DNA from: Calditrichia bacterium
Lineage (GTDB): Bacteria > Calditrichota > Calditrichia > RBG-13-44-9
Reading direction: 5' to 3'
DNA length: 17,913 bases
Assembly (NCBI GenBank): GCA_037381445.1
Contig: JARRQT010000169.1
Coordinates: 1-17,913 of the forward strand
This document shows positions 17,669-17,913 of this stretch, piece by piece (position 1 is the stretch's first letter; every line of letters begins with the position of its first letter). The translations under genes and the position numbers were made by a program. The notes under the pieces were generated by a model that was not told the origin of the DNA, searched no databases, and was given only the letters and a program-made list of their open reading frames with translations.

Positions 17669-17913
17669 ATGAACATTTATCAAAAAACCAAAGTCTTCGG
17701 TGCATTTCTTCAGGCGTGGCTCCGCGGCTGGCGGACCCGGCACAAAATTGTCGTTATCGAAAGTGACGACTGGGGCACGATTCGCACTTCCTCGCGCCGG
17801 GCATATGATGATCTGCTGCGAAGAGGATTTCGGATGAATCAGTCTCCCCTGGGAGCAGATTCTCTGGAGAGCTCGCAGGATCTTATTCAATTGTTTGCGG
17901 TGCTGGCAGAAGT
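17669..17913 (+). CDS. 5' part of a putative polysaccharide deacetylase-like protein, truncated by the window edge
   Basis: Hand translation gives MNIYQKTKVFGAFLQAWLRGWRTRHKIVVIESDDWGTIRTSSRRAYDDLLRRGFRMNQSPLGADSLESSQDLIQLFAVLAE, open to the end. IESDDWG resembles the CE4/NodB-like motif 1 (xxDD). Confidence 0.75.
   Translation, partial: MNIYQKTKVFGAFLQAWLRGWRTRHKIVVIESDDWGTIRTSSRRAYDDLLRRGFRMNQSPLGADSLESSQDLIQLFAVLAE

Noticed and set aside
17666..17890. 74-aa minus-strand ORF at the right edge
   Set aside because: Antisense to the better-supported plus-strand deacetylase-like frame.

Overview
This gene-dense bacterial window has two parts; the protein styles suggest an FCB-group or Calditrichota-like organism, which is an inference. 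Left part (1-9582) is a light/oxygen-protection neighbourhood. On the minus strand is a carotenoid operon: fused lycopene cyclase, CrtD-like desaturase, and a crtI broken by an apparent ~130-nt internal deletion with frameshift. It is divergent from a B12-binding CarH/LitR-type regulator. A probable cydA-cydB-photolyase operon converges on that regulator, and a pterin-4a-carbinolamine dehydratase lies beyond it. A DAACS-family symporter separates the two parts. Right part (11189-17913) starts with two AT-rich tandem paralogous regulators (pseudo-receiver plus AraC-type HTH, sharing an HW[RK][KR]IPDS motif). They are followed by a polysaccharide export locus: wza-like, wzc, wzx (apparently missing a helix) and a deacetylase-like gene that runs off the window and is absent from the ORF track. 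No RNA genes, CRISPR arrays or transposases were recognised.
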